Assembly: GCA_002729125.1 (NCBI GenBank)
Contig: PBTQ01000008.1
Span: 24 to 64,023, forward strand
Source of the DNA: Acidimicrobiaceae bacterium
GTDB taxonomy: Bacteria > Actinomycetota > Acidimicrobiia > Acidimicrobiales > Aldehydirespiratoraceae
Direction of reading: 5' to 3'
Length of the DNA: 64,000 nucleotides
Shown piece by piece: positions 9,147-17,155 of the stretch. The stretch's first letter is position 1. Each line of letters starts with the position of its first letter. The position numbers were made by a program, and so were the translations under genes. The notes below the pieces were generated by a model. It made no database searches. It saw only the letters and a program-made list of their open reading frames with translations, and was not told the DNA's origin.

Positions 9147-11042
9147 CTACGGTTCTACAATCCCGAACTCGCTGCTGAACTGGTCGAGGTTCTCGAACAG
9201 CATCCGCAACGGACCATCGTCACGCGCCGACACGCCCTCGATCGCAAGGAAGCCATCGACATCGACCGCACCCTTCACCGCGTCGGCGAACGCCGCCTTC
9301 GTGCAGGTGATCGACGGTGCTCCCTCGATCGCCACCCCCGGGCGGTGATGGATCGCACAGTTGTCGAGCCCAATCGCATGCTCCTCATCGACGTCCGAGA
9401 AGTACCAGTTCGACTCGAACGACTCACCCTCCACGTTCTCCGCCTGCAAGCGGATCCCGATCAGCTCCACCAACATGTCGACGTCGAGCTGATCCGTGAT
9501 CGACCGGGCCACACCCATCGGGAAGCCCTTGTTCCCAGTCCGCAACTCCATCGCTCCCATCAGGTATGAGTCGCGCCACGGACCCGACTCCGACTGGTAG
9601 CCAAGCTGCTCGAACGTATCGGCCTGCAACAACCGACCCGGCTCATAGGTCGGATCGGCGAAGACAAGATGGTTGAGCAGTTCCGCCGCCCACCGGTAGT
9701 CACCCTCATCGAAGGCCCGCTTCGCTTCGGCATGCACCTGGTCGGGGCCACCCATCGCTTCGACGTAGCGCTTCCCGCTCTCCTCAGGGGTGTGCGGGTT
9801 TAGATTGGCCGGGTTGCCGTCGTACCAGCCGATGTAGCGCTGGTACACCGCCTTTGCGTTGTGGCTGACCGTCCCGTAATACCCCCGCGTATGGCTCTGG
9901 GTGGCGAAGCACTCAGGCTGCTGGAGATCCTCGGCGATCTCACGCATCGTCATACCGTGGTTCGCTCGACGCATCGTCTGGTCGTGCAACCAGCGGTACA
10001 TGTCGCGTTGAAGCTCGAGATAGCGCACAGCATCATGGCGACCGAATCGCGGCCAGTTATGGGTGGAGAAGAGCACATCCATGTCGCCACCGAAGAGATC
10101 AAGCGCCTCCTGGATGTACTTGCTCCAGCTCAGCGTGTCGCGGGCCTGCGCCCCACGGAACGGCAAGGTGTTGTGCATTGTGTGGGTGCAGTTCTCTGCG
10201 ATGCAGAGCGCGCCGAGGTCCGGGAACATGAAGTTCATCTCTGCCGGCGCCTCGGTGCCCGGCGTGTTCTGAAACACGACCCGCACACCGTCGAGCACGA
10301 GTTCGGTGCCGGTGAGCGCGATCTCCTCGGTGGGTGCAACCAGGTCGGGCTGCGCACGCGGAATCCACTTGCCAAGGCCGCAATCGATATGGCCCTGGGG
10401 ACCAGGCTGCAGCAGCATGCCGAACTGGTAGAAGGCCCGGCGGCCCATTGCGGGACCAGCGATCAGGTTTTCGGCGACCGCCTCACGCATGAACCCCTCG
10501 GGCGCCAGGATGCGCACATTGCCCTTGTCGACCTCTTCGGTGCTGGTCACACCGAGAATGCCGCCGTAATGATCGGTATGACTGTGGGTGTAGAGCACAG
10601 TGGTGACGGGACGCTCCCCGAGCGAGGCGTTGGCGAGATCGAGACACGCCTTGGCCGTGAACGACGTGGTGAGTGGATCGATGATCACCCACCCCTCATC
10701 ACCCTTGATGAAGGTGATGTTAGAGATGTCATAGCCCCGCGCCTGCCAGACGTTCTCGGCAACTTCGAACAGGCCGTGGATCGCGTTATGGCGACCGTGA
10801 CGCCACAGGCTCGGGTTGACCGACTCGGGCGACTCCTCCTGCTCGCGCAGGAAGTTCCAGTCATTCGTGTTCCACGACAGACCGAACGGCCCCTCGACCT
10901 CACCCGACTCGTGCTGAGCGATCAGCCCCCGTGTCGCGCGTTCCCAGTCGTCCTCCAGACGAAGCGACGCGGCGAAGGCGGCGTTGACCGATGCCGTATG
11001 GGGAGTAGCGGTCTTGGCGGCGCGGGGATCAAGGTCACTCAT
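9147..11042 (-). CDS. MBL-fold alkyl/aryl-sulfatase (SdsA1/Bds1/YjcS type)
   Basis: Contains the metallo-beta-lactamase motif YTHSHTDHYGG, then alkyl-sulfatase dimerisation and SCP2-like C-terminal regions. The start is placed at ATG 11042 (MSDLDPRAAK...). The 68 codons further upstream in the ORF are R/G-rich and overlap the neighbouring gene. Confidence 0.85.
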   Translation of the reverse strand: MSDLDPRAAKTATPHTASVNAAFAASLRLEDDWERATRGLIAQHESGEVEGPFGLSWNTNDWNFLREQEESPESVNPSLWRHGRHNAIHGLFEVAENVWQARGYDISNITFIKGDEGWVIIDPLTTSFTAKACLDLANASLGERPVTTVLYTHSHTDHYGGILGVTSTEEVDKGNVRILAPEGFMREAVAENLIAGPAMGRRAFYQFGMLLQPGPQGHIDCGLGKWIPRAQPDLVAPTEEIALTGTELVLDGVRVVFQNTPGTEAPAEMNFMFPDLGALCIAENCTHTMHNTLPFRGAQARDTLSWSKYIQEALDLFGGDMDVLFSTHNWPRFGRHDAVRYLELQRDMYRWLHDQTMRRANHGMTMREIAEDLQQPECFATQSHTRGYYGTVSHNAKAVYQRYIGWYDGNPANLNPHTPEESGKRYVEAMGGPDQVHAEAKRAFDEGDYRWAAELLNHLVFADPTYEPGRLLQADTFEQLGYQSESGPWRDSYLMGAMELRTGNKGFPMGVARSITDQLDVDMLVELIGIRLQAENVEGESFESNWYFSDVDEEHAIGLDNCAIHHRPGVAIEGAPSITCTKAAFADAVKGAVDVDGFLAIEGVSARDDGPLRMLFENLDQFSSEFGIVEP

Positions 11043-11110
11043 GGCGCCATTGTGGCCCAGTACATGCCGGGCAGACGCATACGAGACCGCCCCTCGGCCG
11101 GTGCCGTCGC

Positions 11111-11977
11111 TCAGCCGATCGGCTCGAGTGAGGTCACCCACCACTCGTATTCTTCGGTGTACCCAGCATCGCCGAGGGGGGTATCGAGCACGAAGTCGTA
11201 GGTACGCCGCTCCTGCACCGTCATCCCCGTCGCCACATCCACCCACAGTTCGATGAATTCCACATTGTCGGGGTGATCGCCTTCGACGAGTTCGGCAGTA
11301 AAAACGATCACCTCACGCTCCTCGCCAGCAACCACGCGCATGACGCGTTCGGTGGTCATGGCACGATCGGCGACGGAGGTCTCGCTCTGACAACGCCATG
11401 ACGTGGCATCAACCGACACGGGACTCGCGCTGCAGGAACGAACGGCGAGGTCGTCGAGCCCAAAGAAGCTGTGGAAGATCCGCTCGGTTCCGAGTTCGAT
11501 GCCGTTTTCGGTCTTGCAGAACTCGAGGCTTTGCCAACGCTCGACGAGAAAGTCGGTTCGGATGTCGACGCCACACTCGACCGGTGTGACGGTGACGAAT
11601 CCCTCGTCGGGGTACGTCCGCTCGGCGCCGGTGGCGAGATCCAGTTGCTCGCCACCCCGCAACGCCACCGGGTAGACACCGTGTTTCGGCAGGCGAAGTC
11701 CGGCCGCTATGGGTTCGGTCACCACCGTGGTGGTCGTCGAAGTGGCCGCCAGCTCGCTCGAGCCGTCGGACTCGGAGACATCGTTTGAGGCGGGCGTCGA
11801 CTCGACGGCATCGACATCGTCAGCCCCACCGTCCTCAGCAGCACGCTCGTAGCGATCGACGACGTCAGCGACGCTGATCTCGGTTGTGGTCGTCCGCAGG
11901 GCGCGTACGCCGATGACGCCAACGACCAGCACGAGTGCGGCCAGGAACAAGAATATCCGAGGGGAGAGACGAGTCAT
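11111..11977 (-). CDS. hypothetical membrane-anchored protein (N-terminal TM, extracytoplasmic domain)
   Basis: ATG at 11977 is preceded by AAGGA 9 nt upstream. MTRLSPRIFLFLAALVLVVGVIGV is a signal-anchor. An acidic/Thr-rich linker and a ~200-aa Cys-containing domain follow. No family recognised. Confidence 0.6.
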   Translation of the reverse strand: MTRLSPRIFLFLAALVLVVGVIGVRALRTTTTEISVADVVDRYERAAEDGGADDVDAVESTPASNDVSESDGSSELAATSTTTTVVTEPIAAGLRLPKHGVYPVALRGGEQLDLATGAERTYPDEGFVTVTPVECGVDIRTDFLVERWQSLEFCKTENGIELGTERIFHSFFGLDDLAVRSCSASPVSVDATSWRCQSETSVADRAMTTERVMRVVAGEEREVIVFTAELVEGDHPDNVEFIELWVDVATGMTVQERRTYDFVLDTPLGDAGYTEEYEWWVTSLEPIG

Positions 11978-12317
11978 GAGCGAGATCCTTAAGGGGTGTT
12001 TCGGGGGTGTTGACGACTGCAGCGGACAGCTCTGAGCGGAGTGGCTCGAGCTGACCTTGCCGCAATCCAGCTGGCACGTCGTGCATGGTCGACAGATCGG
12101 CGAGAGCGGCGTCCACCAGCGATTCACGCTGCGTGCCGAACAGATTTCGGAGATCGAGCAGGCGATCGACAGCGACCGCCGTCAGCAGGGATGTTTCCAC
12201 TGCGCCGGACACTCACTGCTCGAGCAGAAGGACCGGATCGGGAGTGGCGACCGTTCCGCTGCACGCCGTGGGCCCGTGACCGACTTCGGTGAGGCCAAAC
12301 CGAACCCTCCGGGTGCG

Positions 12318-12420
12318 CCAAAACGACCGCACGCCGGCCCGGGGGGGAGGGCCGGCGTGGGTGCAGGGAGCCCTTCGCCACGGTGTTGGGGGGGGGAGCA
12401 ACACCGCATCGACTGTCAGG
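12318..12420 (-). ncRNA. candidate 6C-type small RNA (two hairpins with C-rich loops plus U-tract)
   Basis: Two hairpins are seen on the minus strand. The first is CGGUGUUG-CUCCCCCCCC-CAACACCG (plus-strand 12381-12406). The second is CGCCGGCCC-UCCCCCCC-GGGCCGGCG (12332-12357), followed by UGCGGUCGUUUUGG. The segment is about 75-100 nt and lies in a gene-free gap. This is the architecture of the actinobacterial 6C RNA family. Ends are not determined. Confidence 0.5.
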
Positions 12421-12594
12421 GCAACCTATTTGAGATCGGATAACGCTCGCTGCCTGGGGGTATGGGGAGGGCTTCGGGCGCCGTTTCGGCGATCTCGAGA
12501 GTTTCGTTTAAATCGTGGCCTTCGTCGTGATGGCTATATTCTCCGGAGTGAGGGATGGTTTGTCGGTGCCTGTGTAAGCACGCTCATGGAAAGT

Positions 12595-12619
12595 TTTGAC
12601 CGACCACAACAAGGTCAAA
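12595..12619. promoter_or_regulatory. inverted repeat TTTGACC-N11-GGTCAAA upstream of the PAS-PP2C gene
   Basis: Perfect 7-bp arms at 12595-12601 and 12613-12619, in a locally AT-richer stretch about 60 nt upstream of the GTG at 12681. Possible operator; function unknown. Confidence 0.3.
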
Positions 12620-12680
12620 CACATCCGATGCAATTTTCTGGCGGGACGTAGTCGGGCGCGTCCGGCCAGACTGGGGGACC

Positions 12681-14228
12681 GTGAACTCCGACCGTGGACC
12701 ACTGTTTAATATCGACACCATCGCCGACGGCCACGCGCTCCCCCGCGTGCTCATTGCGGCACTCGAGGAGACCAGTTCACCGGTCTGCATCACCACCGCC
12801 GACCTTGATGCGCCCGGCCCCACGATCGTGTACGTCAACCCGGCCTACAGCCAGATGACCCGCCGCAATCGCGCCGATGTGATCGGCCGATCCCCGAGGA
12901 TCATGCAAGGGCCGCTCACCGACCGTGCCGTACTCGATCGTCTCCGAGACGATCTCGCCGCCGGGCGGCCCTTCAGCGGCGAGACGATCAACTATCGCGC
13001 CGACGGGGAGCCGTTCCACATCGCATGGAGCATCGACCCGGTGCTCGACGACCACGGTGTTGCCACCCACTATGTGGCAACCCAGCAAGATGTCACCGCC
13101 GAGGTTGTTGAGGAGCGGGTGCGTCTCGCCGAGGAGGGTCTCGACACTGCGCTCGTCGATGCACTCGGCTCGCCCTCGGATACGGAGGCTGCGCTCGCGC
13201 TCCTGCTCGACGCAGCCGCCGTCGGCGCAGGACGAGTCGCCGGCTATGGAACGGCCGAGGTGGCATTGCGAGATCCGGTGCTCGGACAGCTCCGAGCGAG
13301 CGTTGACACCAGCGCCGAACCGCCGGCAAATTCCAAGGTCGCCGTCGAGGTTCGAGTCCCGATGACGCGGGTCGATGGCGTGACGATCGGAAGTATCACC
13401 ATCGGCAACCTCCGCGCCGACGAGCGCAACATGATCGATCGGCCGAGCCTCAACCGTGTCGCCGGGCGGGCGGCAGCGGTGATCAGCGGTCTTGCCGAGT
13501 ACCAGCGTCAGCGACGCACTGCCCTTCGCCTGCAGGAGGCGATGCTCCCCCGAGTCGATGCAGCGCCCGACGGCTTCGAGATCGCCAGTCGCTACCTCCC
13601 GGCCGACGATGGCGTCTACGTCGGCGGCGATTGGTTCGACGTGATCGAGACGGCAACCGCCATCGTCCTTGTCGTGGGCGACGTGAGCGGCCACGGCATC
13701 GACGCCGCCACCACCATGGCGCGGCTCCAGACCCTTACCGCCGCTGAGATCCGAGCGGGGCGGCCGATCGATCAGGTCTTCGACGTTCTCGACCGTGCCT
13801 GCCGCGACGACGCCACGATGGCCACGATGGCACTTGCCACGATCTCGACCGGCAGCGAAGAAGCCCTGATCTGGTCGGCCGGGCACCTTCCGCCGGTTCG
13901 CTTTGGGCCCGATGGCGCAACGCTGGTTGGGGTTTCCCCGATCCCACCGCTCGGACATCTTCGGGGCGAACAACCAACCGCCACGACCACACCGCTTTCT
14001 GATGGCGAGAGCCTGCTCTTCTTCACCGACGGACTCGTCGAGCGGCGACGGGAGCCACTCCCCGAGGGGCTCGATCGCCTCCGTGCTGCGCTCGCCCGCG
14101 CCGTTGGCCCACTCGACAACATCATCGATTCGGTGATCACGTCTCGCAACGCGGAGGACGATACGGCGGTGGTGGCCGTTCGGCGGCACCTGTCAGCCGA
14201 CGAGGAAGAACCACTATCACCTCGCTAG
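12681..14228 (+). CDS. LOV-like PAS domain / PP2C (SpoIIE, RsbU/RsbP-type) serine phosphatase
   Basis: 515 aa. Residues ~35-135 align with LOV domains (IVYVNPAYSQMT, GRSPRIMQGPLTD vs canonical GxNCRFLQG, INYRADGEPF, YVATQQDVT). The C-terminal ~220 aa carry PP2C/SpoIIE blocks (YVGGDWFDV, VVGDVSGHGIDAA, LLFFTDGLVE, DDTAVVAV). Confidence 0.8.
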   Translation: MNSDRGPLFNIDTIADGHALPRVLIAALEETSSPVCITTADLDAPGPTIVYVNPAYSQMTRRNRADVIGRSPRIMQGPLTDRAVLDRLRDDLAAGRPFSGETINYRADGEPFHIAWSIDPVLDDHGVATHYVATQQDVTAEVVEERVRLAEEGLDTALVDALGSPSDTEAALALLLDAAAVGAGRVAGYGTAEVALRDPVLGQLRASVDTSAEPPANSKVAVEVRVPMTRVDGVTIGSITIGNLRADERNMIDRPSLNRVAGRAAAVISGLAEYQRQRRTALRLQEAMLPRVDAAPDGFEIASRYLPADDGVYVGGDWFDVIETATAIVLVVGDVSGHGIDAATTMARLQTLTAAEIRAGRPIDQVFDVLDRACRDDATMATMALATISTGSEEALIWSAGHLPPVRFGPDGATLVGVSPIPPLGHLRGEQPTATTTPLSDGESLLFFTDGLVERRREPLPEGLDRLRAALARAVGPLDNIIDSVITSRNAEDDTAVVAVRRHLSADEEEPLSPR

Positions 14229-14237
14229 TCTCCGCTC

Positions 14238-14558
14238 ATGGCTGCTGAGCTGCTCGTCGACGAACTGGGCCCCGATCTTCTTCGCGTAGTCGGGGAGATC
14301 GACACCCACACCGCTCCGACGCTTGCGGAGCGGCTCGCTGACGTTCCAGCACACACGGCGCTCGGCATCGACCTCACGAGTACGAGCTTCATCTCGTCGG
14401 CCGGTCTCGCCGTGCTGCTCGCTGCTGCAGAACTACTCGAAGCCGGTGGCGGCTCGCTCCGCCTCCTCGGCGCGAGCGAGACCGTGGTCCGACTGCTCGA
14501 GCTGTCAGGCCTTGCGGGCCGGCTGCCGCTCGCCGACGAGCTCGGCGACAACCACTGA
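14238..14558 (+). CDS. STAS-domain anti-sigma factor antagonist (RsbV/SpoIIAA-like)
   Basis: 106 aa with ...VVGEIDTHTAPTLAERL...DLTSTSFISSAGLAVLL...LLGASETVVRLLELSGL... The conserved phosphorylatable Ser context (FISSAGL) is present. Confidence 0.85.
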   Translation: MAAELLVDELGPDLLRVVGEIDTHTAPTLAERLADVPAHTALGIDLTSTSFISSAGLAVLLAAAELLEAGGGSLRLLGASETVVRLLELSGLAGRLPLADELGDNH

Positions 14559-14918
14559 CCGACCGTTCTCGGCCTGCAGGCGCAGATCCGCACTGAGCGC
14601 CGCCACGATCCGCAAACCACGGCCCCGAGCACCTGACTCAGCCCATGCGCTCGCGAGCACGGGCTCCTCGGGCCCACGGTCGTTGGCGACCTCTACTCGC
14701 AAGGTCGGACCCTCGGCCACCACAGTCAGATCGATCGCCGGAGCGTCAGTGTGGTCGATCGCGTTGGCAACGAGTTCGGTGACCACGATGTCGACATCGA
14801 TCGACGGCAGTCGATCATGGTCGGGCCGGGCACCGAGCCACGCCCGCACCTCATGTCGAAGCGACGACAGATTGAGGTGCGACGAAGGAATCGACGCGTG
14901 GAAGGAAGCGACAGCCAT
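14505..14918 (-). CDS. RsbW-like anti-sigma factor / serine protein kinase (HATPase_c_2)
   Basis: Start at ATG 14918 (MAVASFHASIP...). An N-box (VTELVANAIDH) and a G-box-like GRGLRIV are present. The 3' end overlaps the STAS gene by 54 nt in convergent orientation. Confidence 0.75.
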   Translation of the reverse strand: MAVASFHASIPSSHLNLSSLRHEVRAWLGARPDHDRLPSIDVDIVVTELVANAIDHTDAPAIDLTVVAEGPTLRVEVANDRGPEEPVLASAWAESGARGRGLRIVAALSADLRLQAENGRSVVVAELVGERQPARKA

Positions 14919-15019
14919 GACAATGAGAAGTCTTGCCGTTCCGGACGTCAATGAAACCAACAGCCGAGAGTCGGCCCCTTCACGACAGGTACGCTGTGGC
15001 CAATGCCCCTTGGAGGTAC

Positions 15020-15403
15020 ATGATGTCGCCGCCCCCCACCGCAGCCGTTCCCGACGAAGCGGTCGTTGTCTCGGTGCCCGCCGACCCCGCCTACTTTCGT
15101 GTGCTTCGTCTCACCGCTGCGGTGGTTGCCGGTGAGCTCCTTGATGTCGAAGCCGTCGAGGACGCTCAGATCGGGGTCGAAGAAGCGGCGTCGATCCTGC
15201 TCGACGCAGGGCCGACCGGTCGGGTCGAGGCCGCCTTCTGGTGTTCGAACGAGCGGCTCTGCGTCCGGCTTTATAGCGAGACCGGCCCCGTTGCCGACGC
15301 TGCTGACGATTTTCGCCGCACGATCCTCTCGGCCGTCGTCGACAGCGTAGCGATCGACCACGACGCCGGCGCAACGACGGTCGAGTTCGACAAATCGGCG
15401 TGA
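15020..15403 (+). CDS. anti-sigma regulatory factor, degenerate RsbW-like
   Basis: ATG at 15020 is preceded by GGAGG (15013-15017). The 127-aa product (VSVPADPAYFRVLRLTAAVVAGELLDVEAVEDAQIGVEEAASILL) resembles the N-terminal half of RsbW/UsfX-type anti-sigma factors, but no clear ATP-binding G-boxes are seen. Its stop overlaps the sigma gene start (GTGA). Confidence 0.6.
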   Translation: MMSPPPTAAVPDEAVVVSVPADPAYFRVLRLTAAVVAGELLDVEAVEDAQIGVEEAASILLDAGPTGRVEAAFWCSNERLCVRLYSETGPVADAADDFRRTILSAVVDSVAIDHDAGATTVEFDKSA

Positions 15404-16092
15404 GCGACGCGCCGCTTGACGACCGTTTCGTCCGCTTTGCCGCAACCGGCGACGAGGCGTTGCGCAACGAACTGGTGCTCGAGCATCAGGGGCTTGCGAT
15501 CGCGTTCGCTCGCCGTTACGCCCGCAGCGCACGCGACAATGATCTTGAACAAATTGCCCTCGAGGCGCTGATCCTCGCTATCAACCGCTTCGACCCCGAA
15601 CGAGAAGTTCGCTTTTCGACCTACGCCGCTCGAGTTATCGATGGTCGGCTCAAACAGCACTTCCGCGACGACGGTTGGGACATCCGGGTTCCCCGGTCGA
15701 TCAAACAGCTGGCGGTCGCCGTCCGCTCGACAACCGGCGAGCTGACCAACGAACTGGGAAGAGTGCCGTCACCCGCAGAACTCGCCGACCGTCTCGGTGT
15801 CACGGTCGACCAGATCGCACTTGCGCTCGACGCAGCCAACGCCCACCGAGCCGGCGAACTCGATACCGATCCATCCCACGACGAGACATGGGATGTCGTC
15901 GACACCGGCCTCGTTGTTCCCGAACTGCTCGAAGGGCTGCCGGAGCAGGAGCGTGCGGTCGTCTCCCTCCGGTTCTACGGCGAGCTCTCCCAGAGTCAGA
16001 TTGCGGAGCGGATCGGCGTCAGCCAAATGCAGGTGTCGCGCCTGCTTCGTCGTGCCCTGGCAAGACTCCGCACCGAGATCGGCGACGCCTGA
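15400..16092 (+). CDS. SigB/SigF/SigG-family RNA polymerase sigma factor
   Basis: 230 aa with region 2 (DLEQIALEALILAINRFDPEREVRFSTYAARVIDGRLKQHFRD), region 3, and region 4 HTH (SQSQIAERIGVSQMQVSRLLRRAL). Confidence 0.9.
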   Translation: MSDAPLDDRFVRFAATGDEALRNELVLEHQGLAIAFARRYARSARDNDLEQIALEALILAINRFDPEREVRFSTYAARVIDGRLKQHFRDDGWDIRVPRSIKQLAVAVRSTTGELTNELGRVPSPAELADRLGVTVDQIALALDAANAHRAGELDTDPSHDETWDVVDTGLVVPELLEGLPEQERAVVSLRFYGELSQSQIAERIGVSQMQVSRLLRRALARLRTEIGDA

Positions 16093-16348
16093 CAGAGGGC
16101 GAGTCCGCGTTCGGGCCGGCATGACGGCCGTGGCGGGCGGGTCAACCTGGGTCAGAGGGCAGCATTGACATGCAGCTTCCCCACACCCCCCTTGGCGTAG
16201 GGCCCCCAAGGAGCAGAGTTCGACTCACACCGAGACGTCTCGCCACCACCATCCTGATGGACCCGACCGCCACAGCGACCCTCACCCTAGGGAAGGTCGC
16301 ATGTGAACGAAAAGGGAACTTCATGTGGATTGCGCGGGGATTTCGCGT

Positions 16349-16364
16349 CGCTTGTCCACAAGCG
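16349..16364. promoter_or_regulatory. 16-bp palindrome CGCTTGT-CC-ACAAGCG upstream of the RibD_C-like gene
   Basis: Perfect 7-bp arms, about 30 nt upstream of the GTG at 16397. Possible operator; function unknown. Confidence 0.25.
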
Positions 16365-16396
16365 TTCACAACCCCGTCGCACTACGGTCGGGCCTC

Positions 16397-17146
16397 GTGC
16401 GCCAGCTGCTTCCCACCCCACTCGATGCGGTTGACCCGCTCACCCTCTATCCCTTCGATCATCGCCCCCGCCCGGCCAGTCGACCGTGGCTCATGGCGAA
16501 CATGGTGGCGAGTGTCGATGGTGCGATCGCGATCGACGGCGTGAGCGGTGGGCTCGGCGGCGATGGTGACTCCATGGCCTTCCGGGCGATCCGAGCGAGC
16601 TGCGACTGGATCGTGGCGGCAGCGGGCACCATTCGGGTCGAGCGCTATCGGATCCCCAGAGCCACGGAGGAAACCGCAGCAGTGCGCGTCGCCACCGGCC
16701 GCAGTGAGGCACCGCGACTTGCGGTGGTGAGCGCTTCGGTCGATCTCGACCCCGAACTCCCGCTCTTCGCAGACCAGCGCTACGGTGAGGCCCGGCCACT
16801 CGTGATCACCGGCGCGAACCCACCGGCGGATCGTGTCGAGGCCCTCGCGGGACGAGCCGAGTGGCATCACACCGATACGGAACGCCCAACCGCTGAGGGT
16901 GTGCTTGCTGCGCTCGGCGAACGAGGTGCGGACGTCGTGCTCGCCGAAGGCGGCCCGACGTTCAATGGTCAGCTGCTCGACAGCGGCCTCATCGACGAAA
17001 TCTGCCTCTCGATCTCGCCACACCTGGTGGGCGGAAGCTCGAGCCGCATCGTCAACGGAAGCGCAGCCACGATCCCTGCCGACCTGCGGCTGGATCGCTT
17101 GCTCGAACACGACGATGCACTGTTCGCCCGATACATTCGGACGTGA
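16397..17146 (+). CDS. RibD C-terminal domain / dihydrofolate-reductase-like pyrimidine reductase family protein
   Basis: ORF 16325..17146 with blocks RPWLMANMVASVDGAIAIDGVSGGLGG, AFRAIRASCDWIVAAAGTIRVERY and LAEGGPTFNGQLL...DEICLSISPHLVGG. The start is uncertain; the GTG at 16397 was chosen. Confidence 0.7.
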   Translation: MRQLLPTPLDAVDPLTLYPFDHRPRPASRPWLMANMVASVDGAIAIDGVSGGLGGDGDSMAFRAIRASCDWIVAAAGTIRVERYRIPRATEETAAVRVATGRSEAPRLAVVSASVDLDPELPLFADQRYGEARPLVITGANPPADRVEALAGRAEWHHTDTERPTAEGVLAALGERGADVVLAEGGPTFNGQLLDSGLIDEICLSISPHLVGGSSSRIVNGSAATIPADLRLDRLLEHDDALFARYIRT

Positions 17147-17155
17147 CCGGAAGGC

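Noticed and set aside
9861-11201. 446-aa plus-strand ORF
   Set aside because: Antisense shadow of the alkyl-sulfatase gene, with no recognisable motif.
11043-11246. 68-codon N-terminal extension of the sulfatase ORF
   Set aside because: R/G-rich composition. It overlaps the 3' end of the neighbouring membrane-protein gene. An internal ATG at 11042 gives a normal N-terminus.
11865-12212. 115-aa minus-strand ORF upstream of the membrane-protein gene as a real gene or frameshifted N-terminus
   Set aside because: It overlaps the next gene by 112 nt out of frame and ends in R-rich junk. The downstream gene has its own SD (AAGGA) and ATG with a signal-anchor. Third-position GC is weaker than in neighbouring genes. 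It is kept only as an ambiguity (see findings).
12289-12651. 120-aa plus-strand ORF across the gene-free gap
   Set aside because: R/G-rich low-complexity translation that reads through the G-rich hairpins. This stretch is better explained as non-coding (sRNA plus promoter region).
12777-14189. 470-aa minus-strand ORF
   Set aside because: Antisense shadow of the PAS-PP2C gene, which has clear LOV-like and SpoIIE motifs.
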